From contig OY762209.1 of the NCBI GenBank assembly GCA_963665295.1, positions 5,216,001 through 5,280,000 on the forward strand: DNA of 64,000 nt, read 5' to 3'. The stretch is from Syntrophorhabdaceae bacterium. Its GTDB lineage: Bacteria > Desulfobacterota > Syntrophorhabdia > Syntrophorhabdales > Syntrophorhabdaceae. Positions 1 through 10,902 of the stretch are shown here, in pieces. Within the stretch, counting starts at the first letter, position 1, and each line of letters begins with the position of its first letter. The notes beneath the pieces are model-generated. The model had not been told where the DNA came from, searched no databases, and saw only the letters and a program-made list of their open reading frames with translations. Made by a program: the position numbers and the translations under genes.

Positions 1-210
1 GGAGAACTCTCCTCAAGGAAGGGTCTCGGGCCGGTCATTACCTTAAGCCATAGGAGTATCCACCGGGGCATGGAGTTGTTCAACCGGGCATTCCATGTCC
101 GCTGCCGTCCGCGGTACCTGACACCTGAACCGGTAACTGGACAACCCGGGGGAGAGTGATTACATGTAAGGTATATTCTTTCTTTAAAGTCCGGTACAAG
201 GAGGTCCAGA

Positions 211-2277
211 ATGAGCAGCGAACATACGAAGGGTAAGAAAGGTCCGGCCGGTGGTGAACTGCACCAGGCCGCGGGCGGAGAGCACCACGCCCTCACCACA
301 AACCAGGGCGTCCCGATCTCCGACAATCAGAACTCCCTGAGGGCCAACCCGCGGGGCCCCACCCTGCTGGAAGATTTCATTCTTCGGGAAAAGATCATGC
401 ATTTTGACCACGAGCGCATTCCTGAGCGCATCGTTCACGCGCGAGCCACGGGAGCACATGGGTTCTTCGAACTGACCGCCTCGTTGAAGCAGTATACCAC
501 CGCCAAAGTGCTTACCGAGGTAGGTGAGAGGACACCCGTCTTTGCCCGTCTGTCGACTGTGGCGGGCGGGGCGGGTTCGGTGGATACGCCCCGTGATGTG
601 CGCGGATTCGCCGTCAAGTTCTACACGCGGGAAGGCAACTGGGACCTGGTGGGCAACAATGTGCCCGTGTTCTTCATCCAGGATGCCATCAAGTTCCCCG
701 ACCTCATCCACGCGGTAAAGATGGAGCCCGACCGGGGTTTCCCACAATCGGCGACAGCCCACGATACCTTCTGGGACTTCATTTCCCTCACGCCCGAATC
801 CATGCACATGGTCATGTGGATCATGTCCGACCGCACCCTGCCCCGTTCCCTCAGAATGATGGAAGGCTTTGCCGTGCATAGTTTCCGGCTCATTAACGAT
901 GAGGGCCTTTCAACATTCGTCAAGTTTCACTGGCGTCCCAAGCTCGGCCTCCAGTCCACCATCTGGGACGAAACCGTCAAGATCTGCGGCGCTGATCAGG
1001 ACTTCCACCGCCGGGATATGTTCGACGCTATCGCAGCGGGCAATTTCCCCGAGTGGGAATTGGGGGTACAGCTTTTCACCCAAGAGGAGGCCGACAAGTT
1101 CCCCTTCGACCATCTGGACGCGACCAAGCTGATCCCGGAGGAACTGGTGCCCCTAAAAATGATCGGCCGTATGGTGCTCGATCGCTGGCCGGACAACTTT
1201 TTTGCCGAGACCGAACAGGTGGCGTACTGTCCGGCCAATATCGTGCCGGGCATTGATTTCTCGAACGACCCCCTGTTGCAAGGCCGTCTGTTCTCCTATC
1301 CCGACACGCAACTCTCCCGCCTAGGATCGGCCAATTTCAACCAGATACCGATCAACGCGCCCAAGTGCCCCTTTTCCAACCAGCAACGGGACGGGCACAT
1401 GCAGATGGGTCAATCCACGGGTCGTGTTGCCTATGAGCCCAATTCCTTGTCCAAGAATTCGCCCAGGGAAACACCGGCAATGGGCTTTCGCAGCGCCGGG
1501 GTTGCCGAAACCGGTGAAAAGGGCCGTATCCGGGCCGAAAGTTTCGCGGACCACTACAGCCAGGCACGGCAGTTCTATCTCAGCCAGACTGCCTACGAAC
1601 AGGCCCACATTGCCTCAGCGTTGGTATTCGAGCTTTCCAAGGTCGAACACGTGCACATCCGCGAGGCAATGGTCGGCCACCTGAGGCATATCGACGAAGA
1701 CCTTGCCGACCGGGTCGGCCGGGGCCTCGGGCTCGAAAGGATGCCCGCCGCGCCTCAGCCCGCCGCGCCTGTGCAGGACCTCAAGCCTTCGCCCGCGTTA
1801 CAGATCATAGGCAAGATGAAGGACACCCTCGAGGGCCGCGCAATAGGCATCCTTGTCGCGGACGGTTCAGATGCCGCCGCCATCGGGCGGATCAGAAAAG
1901 CCGCCATCGATGCGGGGGCTACCGTTAAGATCGTGGCGCCTAAAGTAGGCGGGGTGAAACTCGCCGACGGCTCCGTGCCGGCGGTGGACGGACAACTGGC
2001 AGGGACGCCTTCCGTGCTCTTCGACGCCGTGGCCGTCATCCTCTCCGATGAAGGCGCGGTGGCGCTCTCCATGGAAAGCGCCGCCATCGATTTCGTGCGC
2101 GACGCTTTCGGTCATCTCAAGGCAATCGCCTGTGATAAGGGCGGCGGTGCGCTTTTGAAGATGGCGAACGTGGAACCGGACGCAGGTGTCGTGGATGCGG
2201 GCAGCAGTGAGGCTTTTATCACCACGGCCAAAACACGCCGGTGGGAGCGGGAAAAGTTTGTTCGAAGCCTGGCATAA
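211..2277 (+). CDS. katE: Large-subunit monofunctional heme catalase (HPII type) with C-terminal DJ-1/GATase-like domain
   Basis: 688 aa; [19 protein letters not shown] distal His motif, RLFSYPDTQ proximal Tyr motif; SD aaggagg upstream. Confidence 0.95.
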   Translation: MSSEHTKGKKGPAGGELHQAAGGEHHALTTNQGVPISDNQNSLRANPRGPTLLEDFILREKIMHFDHERIPERIVHARATGAHGFFELTASLKQYTTAKVLTEVGERTPVFARLSTVAGGAGSVDTPRDVRGFAVKFYTREGNWDLVGNNVPVFFIQDAIKFPDLIHAVKMEPDRGFPQSATAHDTFWDFISLTPESMHMVMWIMSDRTLPRSLRMMEGFAVHSFRLINDEGLSTFVKFHWRPKLGLQSTIWDETVKICGADQDFHRRDMFDAIAAGNFPEWELGVQLFTQEEADKFPFDHLDATKLIPEELVPLKMIGRMVLDRWPDNFFAETEQVAYCPANIVPGIDFSNDPLLQGRLFSYPDTQLSRLGSANFNQIPINAPKCPFSNQQRDGHMQMGQSTGRVAYEPNSLSKNSPRETPAMGFRSAGVAETGEKGRIRAESFADHYSQARQFYLSQTAYEQAHIASALVFELSKVEHVHIREAMVGHLRHIDEDLADRVGRGLGLERMPAAPQPAAPVQDLKPSPALQIIGKMKDTLEGRAIGILVADGSDAAAIGRIRKAAIDAGATVKIVAPKVGGVKLADGSVPAVDGQLAGTPSVLFDAVAVILSDEGAVALSMESAAIDFVRDAFGHLKAIACDKGGGALLKMANVEPDAGVVDAGSSEAFITTAKTRRWEREKFVRSLA

Positions 2278-2519
2278 CCTTCACGGAGTTTAAGGAAGAC
2301 CCCGGAGGGGGCGGTGAAATAGCGGCAGAGGAGGCTCGCGTACGGCAAAAGCGCAGGACTCGCATGAGCCTGCGCGTCCATTGTCGCGGCCCCTCGGCAT
2401 GTATCCATATTTCACCGCCCCCTCCTCACCCTGCCCGATTCGCGGGGGAACGCTTCTTTTCCTTGATTTTGAGGCAAACATATTGAAGAATTAGTGGAGG
2501 TTTCAGGAGAAGAAGGTAT

Positions 2520-3410
2520 ATGAGGATATCCTTAAGGGTCATAGTCCCGGTTGTTTTGATTTCGCTCGTTCTGTCCCTTTCGCCGGACATGCTCTATGGG
2601 CAGCGTTCACGCGGGTCCGGAGGAAGCCAACCCCTTCGCGGTGGCGGTGCGCAGTTCAGGGAAAAGTCATTGCCCCTGGAGTTTGACAACAGGCCTTTTA
2701 ACATTTCCACAGGGCAATTGCCCCGTTTTTATGCAGGCTATGAGCCCCAACTTCTCTACCGCATAATCGGCAACGAGGGGGCAGGCGCCTCTCCCCACAC
2801 CTATGCGATCCGGCTCAACCCCACGGATGTCCGTTATGACGCGGGTAAGGGTGCGCTTAAAGCCTACTGTGCCTTCTCCCCGGTGTGGTCCGGAGGAAAG
2901 ACGGATGGAGTGGGAAAGGCCCTCCCGGTCAAATACCTTCCAATCATGGACAACAGATATACGGCCACCGACGCTCACGGCGCAAAAATGGAGATTGAAG
3001 AGATAAGATTCAGGGAGTACGCGGTTGCCGTCGCGAACTTCCTCGCCTTTCCCACGGAAACCCCTCCGCCCGGAGAAGCGGCCCCTACCGCGGGAAAGAC
3101 GTCATCCGACGACGAGGCAGATCTCCTCAGGAATTCGCACCGTCAGGCAATAGCGGGTGAGATCCCCCTCGCGCCTTCCGAAGCGAAGGAGCGTGAAAAG
3201 CAGATTTCGGCGCTCCTCGTCTTCAGTCCGGTGGAGCCTTATGTCACGTCCGACACTGTGACGGAGAGGGTCGGGGCAGGAAAGGCCCGCGACTATGAAG
3301 CCCTGTATTTCTATCTCCACGGACGACTCGTGGAGTTGTGGTTTTATGAATTTGACACGGGCAAAGTCCTGGCGAAGATAAAGCCGAGAAAGGCCCTCCG
3401 CCTACCCTGA
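2520..3410 (+). CDS. Hypothetical exported protein
   Basis: 296 aa; hydrophobic signal-peptide-like N-terminus, purine-rich RBS; no family recognised. Confidence 0.75.
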   Translation: MRISLRVIVPVVLISLVLSLSPDMLYGQRSRGSGGSQPLRGGGAQFREKSLPLEFDNRPFNISTGQLPRFYAGYEPQLLYRIIGNEGAGASPHTYAIRLNPTDVRYDAGKGALKAYCAFSPVWSGGKTDGVGKALPVKYLPIMDNRYTATDAHGAKMEIEEIRFREYAVAVANFLAFPTETPPPGEAAPTAGKTSSDDEADLLRNSHRQAIAGEIPLAPSEAKEREKQISALLVFSPVEPYVTSDTVTERVGAGKARDYEALYFYLHGRLVELWFYEFDTGKVLAKIKPRKALRLP

Positions 3411-3629
3411 AGCCCCCGGACAGGGCGCAGCCTCGTCAAACAAGGACCTTCCGCTCCCTTATCTTCGCCCTATGGGGTATCGGGATATTTCCCTCCACGC
3501 ACAGGGTGTTTCACCCCGCTTCGAGGCCCATGACGGCAGTCCGCTTCAGAGCGTGACCGCCCCAGGGAGCCGACGGAACAGGTGATGGGTCGTTATTTTC
3601 CGGTAAAAGTTTGAAAGAGTGGCGCCGGT

Positions 3630-3664
3630 AAAAAAAGGGGGGACTTTCGCCCCCCCTTCCTTTT
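3630..3664. terminator. Bidirectional intrinsic terminator
   Basis: A7-GGGGGG-loop-CCCCCCC-TTCCTTTT between convergent genes. Confidence 0.75.
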
Positions 3665-3675
3665 GTGATACAGGG

Positions 3676-4182
3676 TTATTTCGCGGGCGCGGGGGCTGGT
3701 TTCGCCTCAGGTTTGGCTTCCGGTTTGGCTTCCGGTTTTGCCTCGGGCTTCGCTTCCGGCGCTGCTTCCTTCTTCTCTACCTTTTTCGGTTTCTTCGGGG
3801 CTTTTGCGATTTTCATGGCCGTCATCTTGCCGTCTTTGGTCTCGAACTTTACCGCGATCTTGTCGCCGGCCTTCAGACCTTCCAGCTTAAGACCCTTTGC
3901 AAACTTCGCGTCCGTTACGTCGAGAGTGACTTCGCCTTTCTTGTCCTTTATGGAAAGTGTCTTTCCTGCGGCGTCAACCTTGGTGACCACGCCGGCAAAT
4001 ACTCCTTTGTCTTTCGCTTTTGCAGGCTTCTCCGCTTTGGCAGGCTTTTCCACTTTTGCCGGTTTTTCGGGTGCCATGGCCGGTTTCTCGGGTGCGGCGG
4101 CCGGCTTTTCCTGGGCAAACACTGTGGATACGAAGGCTACGGCAATCAACAGGGCCAAGAAGATCATAAACGATTTTTTCAT
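3676..4182 (-). CDS. Small exported Lys/Ala/Pro-rich protein with central OB-fold-like (DUF5666/CusF-like) domain
   Basis: Start MKKSFM... at 4182 after SD aggagg; signal peptide ending VFA; GVVTKVD...LKAGDKIAVKF core; PEAK tail. Confidence 0.85.
   Translation of the reverse strand: MKKSFMIFLALLIAVAFVSTVFAQEKPAAAPEKPAMAPEKPAKVEKPAKAEKPAKAKDKGVFAGVVTKVDAAGKTLSIKDKKGEVTLDVTDAKFAKGLKLEGLKAGDKIAVKFETKDGKMTAMKIAKAPKKPKKVEKKEAAPEAKPEAKPEAKPEAKPEAKPAPAPAK
3700..3759 (-). repeat. Five imperfect 12-bp tandem repeats encoding (PEAK)5
   Basis: Translation AAPEAKPEAKPEAKPEAKPEAKPAPAPAK with synonymous variation between units. Confidence 0.9.
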
Positions 4183-4268
4183 GGGTGTACCTCCTAGGTT
4201 TTTATTGTACCGGTCGCGTTCATTCGTACTCCTGAGGCAGCCCGGTACCACTTCTGAGGTAGTGAAGT

Positions 4269-4284
4269 TGCATTTGCCGTGCCA
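4269..4284 (-). promoter_or_regulatory. Sigma54 (-24/-12) promoter
   Basis: Minus strand TGGCACGGCAAATGCA, GG-N10-GC spacing, about 90 nt upstream of 4182 start. Confidence 0.8.
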
Positions 4285-4371
4285 GAGTCCCTGTTGCAGG
4301 CAACTAATTGATATTATTTGTGTTATTGTTGGAGGATGATCCGAGCCATCGTCAATTCACGAATAATTCGC

Positions 4372-5763
4372 CTATTTCGTCGTTAAACCAAGAATTTCAT
4401 CCTTTTCTTTCATCTTCTTCACTTTAAACCAGAGCTTGTCGTAGGACATGTTCAGGTACTTCGCTGCGAGGGATATTTTCCCTTCCGCCTTTATTATCGC
4501 CTTCTTGATGAGATCCTTCTCAATCTCATCCAGGTTGATGCCTTCATCGGGAATATCGATCTTTTCGAGGCCGTTGCTGCTTTTCGCCTGCTTTACTTCC
4601 TTCGGCAGGTGGTCGAGGTCTATGCAGTCTTCCTCGCCCATAATGTAGGAACGCTCGATAACCGATTCAAGTTGCCTCACATTTCCAGGCCAGTCGTATC
4701 TCATGAGGGCCTGCAGCGCATCGTCGTCTATGCTCTTTTCCTTGCCGTTGGCCTCATTCAGCCTCTTGAGGAAATGCTCCACGAGCATGGGCACGTCCGT
4801 GACGCGCTCCCTGAGAGGCGGTACGGTAAAGGCGATCACGTTGAACCTGTAATAAAGATCCTCCCTGAAGTTGCCTTTCTTTATCTCTTCCTCAAGGTTC
4901 TTGTTGGTTGCGGCAATGATCCGCACGTCGAGTTTGATGGTTTCCTTTCCCCCCAGCCTCCGGACTTCCCGCTCCTGGATTGCCCGCAAGAGCTTGGCCT
5001 GAGTGCTCGCGCTCAAATCCCCGATCTCGTCGAGGAACAGGGAACTCCCGTTCGCTTGTTCAAAAAGCCCCACCGAGCGCGACGTAGCCCCGGTGAACGC
5101 GCCCTTTTCGTACCCGAAAAGCTCGCTCTCGAGCAGGGTCTCCGGTATGGCTGCGCAGTTGATCGCGAAAAAAGGCTTGTTCTTCCTGGGACTGTTGTAG
5201 TGGATACTCTTGGCGAAAAGCTCCTTCCCCGTGCCGCTTTCACCGTAGATAAGGACCGTGGAATTCGTAGGAGCGGCCTTCCGGACGATCCTGTACAGCT
5301 CCTCCATCTTCCCGTGGGCGCCCACGATGTTCTGGAGGTTGAAGCGGTCGTGAAGCTGGTCCTTCAACATAATATTGTCTTTCAGGAGCCGCACCTGGTT
5401 CATGGCATTCTGCACCACGAGGACAAGGTGATCCTTTTCAAAAGGCTTTTCGAGGTAATAAAAGGCCCCGAGCTTCGTCGCTTCGATGGCGGAAGGTATG
5501 GAGCCGAAGGCGGTAATGATGATTACATGGCTCAGCCTGTTCGAACCTTTGACCTCCTTCAGTATCTCCGTACCGTCCATGTCGGGCAGCCTCAAATCCG
5601 TGAGGATTACGTCAAAATTATTCGTCTTCAGGAGCCCTATCGCCTTTTTCCCGCAGTCCGCGTCCTCTACGTAGAACCCTTCCTTTGTGAGGATGGTCTT
5701 GATAATCTCCCTCTGGTACTGATCGTCCTCTACTATCAGGATAACGCCTTTTTCATGTTTCAT
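4372..5763 (-). CDS. Sigma54-dependent response regulator (NtrC/AtoC family; REC-AAA+-Fis HTH)
   Basis: REC domain, GESGTGKE Walker [21 protein letters not shown]. Confidence 0.95.
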   Translation of the reverse strand: MKHEKGVILIVEDDQYQREIIKTILTKEGFYVEDADCGKKAIGLLKTNNFDVILTDLRLPDMDGTEILKEVKGSNRLSHVIIITAFGSIPSAIEATKLGAFYYLEKPFEKDHLVLVVQNAMNQVRLLKDNIMLKDQLHDRFNLQNIVGAHGKMEELYRIVRKAAPTNSTVLIYGESGTGKELFAKSIHYNSPRKNKPFFAINCAAIPETLLESELFGYEKGAFTGATSRSVGLFEQANGSSLFLDEIGDLSASTQAKLLRAIQEREVRRLGGKETIKLDVRIIAATNKNLEEEIKKGNFREDLYYRFNVIAFTVPPLRERVTDVPMLVEHFLKRLNEANGKEKSIDDDALQALMRYDWPGNVRQLESVIERSYIMGEEDCIDLDHLPKEVKQAKSSNGLEKIDIPDEGINLDEIEKDLIKKAIIKAEGKISLAAKYLNMSYDKLWFKVKKMKEKDEILGLTTK

Positions 5764-7261
5764 AGCTTGGCACCGTAATCTTTATGGTTGTTCCTTTACC
5801 GAGTGTGCTGTCTATAGTGATCGTTCCGTTGTGGGCCTCCACGAAACGCTTCGTGATGGCAAGGCCGAGTCCTATGCCGAACTTCTTGGTTGAGTAATAA
5901 GGCTCGAATATTTTCCCCACCTCGTCTTCACCAATCCCTGCGCCGTTGTCCGTGACCGAGATAAAAGAGTTGCCTTCTTCTCCGTCGCATTCTATAACGA
6001 CCTGTCCTCCGCCATCCATGGCCTGCACGGAGTTGAGGATAAGATTGATGAGGCATATGCGCATGTATTCCCTGTCGCAAAGCATGGGTTTTTCCGTATC
6101 CCCGCACACGATCCTGATGTCCACTCCTTCCTTAACCTTATCCCTCACCAGGTAAACCGCCTCCTTGGCCAAGGCAACGGGCATTATCCATTCCTTGTTG
6201 AGGGTGATGGATTTGCCCAGGAAAAGAAAGTTGTGGATCAGTTCATTCACTTTGTAGACTTCCTTGGTCAGGTTATCGAGGAGCTTCACAAGGTCTTCCC
6301 TGTCCTCTCCTTTCCCTTCAATAACCCATTCCTTGATGTGGCCTATGGACAGGGTGAGGAAATTGAGGGGGTTTCTGATCTCATGGGCAATTCCGGACGA
6401 AAGCTGCCCGATGAGGGAAAGCTGTTCCGTCTTCTTCAGCTTCTCCTCAAGCTCCTTTCTCTCGCTCAGTTTATCCACCATCTCATTGTAGCTCTTTATG
6501 AGCACGCCGATTTCATCCTTGCGGTTCCTGTCGCGAATCTTTACCAGTTCGCCCTGGGCGATCCTCTTGCTGGCCTCTGCGATGCGCTTTATGGGTTCCG
6601 TATACTTTTCCGCGACGAGGAGGCTGAATATGATGCCGATACCGAAAGCGAAGAGGGTGCTCAGGATACGCTTGAGATGGTTCTTCCTCTGAAGCAGCTT
6701 GTAGTCGTCCATTATCATGTTGATATGGATATAGCCTATGTTCTGGCCCTTTATGGACACGGGCATGATTACGTTATAGAGCCTCTGGGTATCCTTGTTG
6801 CTCTCCTCGCCGAGACGGGCCGTGATGATAAGGTTCTTCCTTCTTCCCCTCTTTTCCGGGAGTTTCTGCTCCGTACCTATCTTCTTCGGGTCCGAACTGG
6901 CGATAACCTGGGACTTATCACTTACGATGGAAATTTCTTCGATACCCTTCTTGTTCAGCATATCCACATAGCTTTTGAGCCTCTGGTTGCCGTCGCCCCT
7001 GTAGGTAAGCTCTTCCACGCTGATCTGTATCGCCCTCGTGATGTCATCTATGTTGTCGCTTACCTTCTCCATGATCTGCCCTTCGGTGCGGGCGTAGATT
7101 ATGGTAAGGGAACTCACTGAAACGACGAGAAGGAAAAGGAGGATAAGAAGAAGCTGCGTCTTCAGAGAGAGGCTGCGGAATACGTTTTTTACCGCGCCAT
7201 GGGTCCTTGACAAGAAAGCGGATATATATCTCACGGAAGAGAAAATCTGGTTTTTACCCAT
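5753..7261 (-). CDS. Membrane HAMP-domain sensor histidine kinase
   Basis: Two TM segments, HAMP, AHEIRNPL H-box, DNGAG and GIGLGL boxes; overlaps regulator start. Confidence 0.93.
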   Translation of the reverse strand: MGKNQIFSSVRYISAFLSRTHGAVKNVFRSLSLKTQLLLILLFLLVVSVSSLTIIYARTEGQIMEKVSDNIDDITRAIQISVEELTYRGDGNQRLKSYVDMLNKKGIEEISIVSDKSQVIASSDPKKIGTEQKLPEKRGRRKNLIITARLGEESNKDTQRLYNVIMPVSIKGQNIGYIHINMIMDDYKLLQRKNHLKRILSTLFAFGIGIIFSLLVAEKYTEPIKRIAEASKRIAQGELVKIRDRNRKDEIGVLIKSYNEMVDKLSERKELEEKLKKTEQLSLIGQLSSGIAHEIRNPLNFLTLSIGHIKEWVIEGKGEDREDLVKLLDNLTKEVYKVNELIHNFLFLGKSITLNKEWIMPVALAKEAVYLVRDKVKEGVDIRIVCGDTEKPMLCDREYMRICLINLILNSVQAMDGGGQVVIECDGEEGNSFISVTDNGAGIGEDEVGKIFEPYYSTKKFGIGLGLAITKRFVEAHNGTITIDSTLGKGTTIKITVPSYET

Positions 7262-8589
7262 GATACTCTCCTCGTTATCATATCCCTCCCGATGAGGGGA
7301 AACACGTCCTTGAGGGGAGGACCGTTCTTCCTGCCCGTGCAGACGACCCTGAGGGTCATGAAAAATTCCCGTTTCTTGAGCCCTGTCCCTTCCAGCTTTT
7401 TGAGTATCTCATCAAAGGACATGACTCCGTCTTTGAGGGCATCGTCGAGGGATGCAACTACGGCGGACAGGTTCTTCGCTTCGGACAAATAGGCCGACCC
7501 CTCCTCTTCAATGCCCGTCCCTTCGAATATGTCGAGAAACTGCCGGATCTCCCCGAGGGTCCTCGCGTTCTCCTGGAGGAGTGCGATTTTATCCCTGTAA
7601 GCGGCGGGAAGGCCCATTTCGAGAAGGATCGAATCGGTAGGTAACTTCCGGATGTATTCCTTGTTGAACCAGACCAGCTTCTCCAAATCGAAGAGGGAAT
7701 CGGAGGGGGAAAGGGAACTGAGGCTGAAGGTCTCGATCAACTCCTCTTCGTCCATGATTTCTCTGGGAACGTTCCGTCCCAGGATGCCCACGTAGTTCGT
7801 GAGGGCCTGGCGAAGGATGCCCATATCGCGGAACTCCCGCACATGGGTAGCGCCGTGCCTCTTGCTCAGGGGCTTCTGGTCGTGTCCCGTAAGCAGGGAA
7901 TGGTGGGCATATCGGGGAGGCTCCTGCCCGAATGCCTGAAAAAGCATGATCTGCTTGGGCGTGTTGGAAATGTGGTCGGCCCCCCGGATCACGTGGGTGA
8001 TGCCCATGAGCATGTCATCCACGGTGACCGCAAAATTGTAGGAAGGAGTCAATTCCTGCTTGAGCAGGATGAAATCATCCACATGGTCGGCGGGGAACTG
8101 GATCTCCCCGTGGATCAGGTCCCGCACGCGTATCACCTTCTTGAAGGCCCTGAACCGCACCACATAAGGCGCGCCCGCCTTTTCCAGGTCCCGGACGGCG
8201 TCGGGGTCAAGGTCTCTGCACGTTCCATCGTATTTCGGCGGCTCGCCCTTGTCCTGCGCCTGTTTCCTCATCTCTTCAAGGCGCTCCTTCGAGCAGAAGC
8301 ATTTATACGCAAGCCCCTTCTCAAGAAGCGTCTCGATATGGGCCCTGTAAATATCGGTCCTGTCGGACTGCCGGTAAGGACCTTCGTCCCAGGCAATGCC
8401 GAGCCATCTCAGGTCTTCGAGAAGCGCTGCCTCGTAGGCGGCCTCGGACCTCTCTACATCCGTATCCTCGACGCGCAGCACGAAAACGCCGCCCTCCTTT
8501 CTCGCAAAGAGATAATTTGCAAGGGCCGTTCTTGTGTTACCCACATGGAGATACCCCGTGGGGCTGGGTGCAAACCTCACCTTTACCAT
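7231..8589 (-). CDS. gltX: Glutamate--tRNA ligase
   Basis: RFAPSPTGYLHVGN (HIGH), PLSKR (KMSKS), YKCFC Zn motif. Confidence 0.95.
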   Translation of the reverse strand: MVKVRFAPSPTGYLHVGNTRTALANYLFARKEGGVFVLRVEDTDVERSEAAYEAALLEDLRWLGIAWDEGPYRQSDRTDIYRAHIETLLEKGLAYKCFCSKERLEEMRKQAQDKGEPPKYDGTCRDLDPDAVRDLEKAGAPYVVRFRAFKKVIRVRDLIHGEIQFPADHVDDFILLKQELTPSYNFAVTVDDMLMGITHVIRGADHISNTPKQIMLFQAFGQEPPRYAHHSLLTGHDQKPLSKRHGATHVREFRDMGILRQALTNYVGILGRNVPREIMDEEELIETFSLSSLSPSDSLFDLEKLVWFNKEYIRKLPTDSILLEMGLPAAYRDKIALLQENARTLGEIRQFLDIFEGTGIEEEGSAYLSEAKNLSAVVASLDDALKDGVMSFDEILKKLEGTGLKKREFFMTLRVVCTGRKNGPPLKDVFPLIGRDMITRRVSWVKTRFSLP

Positions 8590-8641
8590 GCCGCACCAAC
8601 GGGTCCGTAATAGGTATTGTATTTATTTATAGACATGTGCA

Positions 8642-9142
8642 TCATTTCTTATCCTGTTCCTGTTGTTCCCGCGGTTCTTCAAGGAGCGCCACCGCATGGA
8701 CCTCGATACCTTCCCTTCTTCCCGCAAAGCCGAGCCCTTCCGTGGTCTTGCCCTTTATCCCGACAGCGCCGGGGTCAATACCCAGGAGGTCCGCCATGGC
8801 TTCCTGCATGCGTGTCCGAAGGGGGCTTATCTTCGGTTCCTGGGCAACCACCACCGAATCGATGTTTATGATCCTGAACCCTTTCTTCCGCGCCAGGCGA
8901 CCCACATAAGAGAGGATTTCCGTGCTCCTTATCCCTTCCGTGGATGGGTCCGTGTCGGGAAAATGGACGCCTATATCGCCTTCCGACATGGCGCCGAGTA
9001 TGGCGTCGCAGATGGCGTGAATAAGGACGTCCCCGTCGGAATGGCCCAAAAGACCCTTCTCGAAAGGTATCTTCACGCCCCCGAGAAAAAGGTCCCTTCC
9101 TCCCACGAGACGGTGAACATCGTAGCCTATCCCTACCCTCAT
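8642..9142 (-). CDS. ispF: 2-C-methyl-D-erythritol 2,4-cyclodiphosphate synthase
   Basis: GIGYDVH, GHSDGDVLIHA, KGKTTEGLG. Confidence 0.96.
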   Translation of the reverse strand: MRVGIGYDVHRLVGGRDLFLGGVKIPFEKGLLGHSDGDVLIHAICDAILGAMSEGDIGVHFPDTDPSTEGIRSTEILSYVGRLARKKGFRIINIDSVVVAQEPKISPLRTRMQEAMADLLGIDPGAVGIKGKTTEGLGFAGRREGIEVHAVALLEEPREQQEQDKK

Positions 9143-9837
9143 GCACCGCCCTTGAGTTGGGACAGCATCCCTCTCGCCAGAACGAGGTCTTCAGGCGTGG
9201 TGATCTTCATATTATAGGGGGAACCTTCGATTACCTTGACCTTCCTGCCCGTCATTTCAAGGAAGGTCGCATCGTCGTAACCGTAAACCTTCTTGGCCAT
9301 TCCTTCCTTGTATGCCTTCGTAATAACGTCGTACTTGAAGGTTTGGGGTGTCTGGACCTGCCAGAGGGAATCCCGCTCCAGGGTCTTCACCACGAAGCCT
9401 TCCTTGGAGATCACCTTTATCGTGTCTTTCACGGGCATCGCAGGGATTATGGCGTCGAACATCTCCATGAGATAGATACCTTTTTCGATAAAACCCGGAG
9501 AAACGAAGGGCCGCGCCCCGTCATGGATAATCACATTGTCGCAGGGACCGTCTATGGCGTCGAGCCCGTTCCTTACGGAATCCTGCCTCAACCTGCCTCC
9601 GATCACGATCTTGATCAATTTGTTAAACCTGTAGGTCTCCAGGATTTCTTCCTGAATAATGGAGAGGTCCTTCTGGTTGACCACGAGGTAGATGCCGTCC
9701 ACAGGGCGACACTCCTCGAATACCTGCATGGTATGTACGATAATAGGCTTGTTATCGAGAAGCAGAAACTGTTTGTTCGTGGAAGCGCCCATCCTTTTTC
9801 CTGCGCCGCCTGCGAGGATTACCGCAAAAGTCCTCAT
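9139..9837 (-). CDS. ispD: MEP cytidylyltransferase
   Basis: LAGGAGKRM, IHDGARPF, QTPQTF, KITTPEDL; overlaps ispF start. Confidence 0.95.
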   Translation of the reverse strand: MRTFAVILAGGAGKRMGASTNKQFLLLDNKPIIVHTMQVFEECRPVDGIYLVVNQKDLSIIQEEILETYRFNKLIKIVIGGRLRQDSVRNGLDAIDGPCDNVIIHDGARPFVSPGFIEKGIYLMEMFDAIIPAMPVKDTIKVISKEGFVVKTLERDSLWQVQTPQTFKYDVITKAYKEGMAKKVYGYDDATFLEMTGRKVKVIEGSPYNMKITTPEDLVLARGMLSQLKGGA

Positions 9838-9842
9838 GTTTG

Positions 9843-10889
9843 TTACCTCACCTGTTCTTCCAGTTTGTATTCGGTGGGAAAGTAGAATTCCTTTTCGGCC
9901 TGTTCTTTCAGTTTTGCGAAGATCATCCGGCCCGACGTGGTCTGGAGGACACTGGTCACCACAACATCGACGGACTTACCGAGAAGTTTTCGCGCATCGT
10001 CCACGACAACCATGGTGCCGTCATCCAGATAACCTATCCCCTGACCGTGTTCCTTGCCTTCCTTGAGTATCTTTATACCCATCTGCTCTCCGGGCAATAT
10101 CGCCGGTCTCAAAGCAGTCGCCAACTGGTTCATGTTAAGGACTTCGATGCCCTGGAGTTCCGCAACCTTGTGGAGGTTGAAATCGTTCGTCACGATCTTC
10201 CCGTTCAGCTTCTTCGCGAGGGCAATCAGCTTGGTGTCCACGTCCTGGAGTTTTGGGAAATCATAATCAACGATCCTCACTTTGACCAGGGTCTGTTTCT
10301 GCAGCCTGTGGAGCACTTCGAGGCCCCTTCTGCCCCGCGTCCTTTTAACGGGGTCCTGGTGGTCGGCGATATGCTGGATTTCATAGAGAACGAACTGGGG
10401 GATAACAAAGGCCCCTTCTATGAACCCCGTCTCACACACATCTCCGATCCTTCCGTCTATGATGATGCTCGTATCGAGTATCTTGACGTTCTCCGTTCCC
10501 TCCATCTTGTCAAAGAGAGGGACCTTCGAAAGGTCGATGGTCTGGCTCTTCTTTTCGCCTATACGAAAGCCCAGGTAGCCCATTACCACGTAAAGGAGTA
10601 TATAAATGGGCAGGGATATGGGGACATCCTTCATGATCGTGAGAAGGAGTTTTGCGACAAAAAGATTCGCCACGAGAAGGCTTATGGTAAGACCGGCAAG
10701 ACTGCCGATGATAATTTTCAGGGGTATGTCTTTGAGCTTCTCTTCTACCTTGAGTATTATGTAGCCGAGGCCGAGACCGCATATCGCTCCGATCCAACCG
10801 AGCAGGTTGCTGGCAAACACTTCCCGCAATATGAAATATCCGGTAACGGTGGTAACCGCCACCAAAATAATCTGGACCAGTATACTCAA
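9843..10889 (-). CDS. Membrane PIN/TRAM domain protein (YacL family)
   Basis: N-terminal TMs, ILDTSIIIDGRI PIN motif, TNDFNL, C-terminal TRAM; carD-ispDF context. Confidence 0.92.
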   Translation of the reverse strand: MSILVQIILVAVTTVTGYFILREVFASNLLGWIGAICGLGLGYIILKVEEKLKDIPLKIIIGSLAGLTISLLVANLFVAKLLLTIMKDVPISLPIYILLYVVMGYLGFRIGEKKSQTIDLSKVPLFDKMEGTENVKILDTSIIIDGRIGDVCETGFIEGAFVIPQFVLYEIQHIADHQDPVKRTRGRRGLEVLHRLQKQTLVKVRIVDYDFPKLQDVDTKLIALAKKLNGKIVTNDFNLHKVAELQGIEVLNMNQLATALRPAILPGEQMGIKILKEGKEHGQGIGYLDDGTMVVVDDARKLLGKSVDVVVTSVLQTTSGRMIFAKLKEQAEKEFYFPTEYKLEEQVR

Positions 10890-10902
10890 GATATCGAGAC
10901 CT

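Noticed and set aside
3700..3759. CRISPR array or contingency repeat
   Set aside because: In-frame coding repeats with synonymous divergence and no spacers; no CRISPR array or cas gene seen in the window
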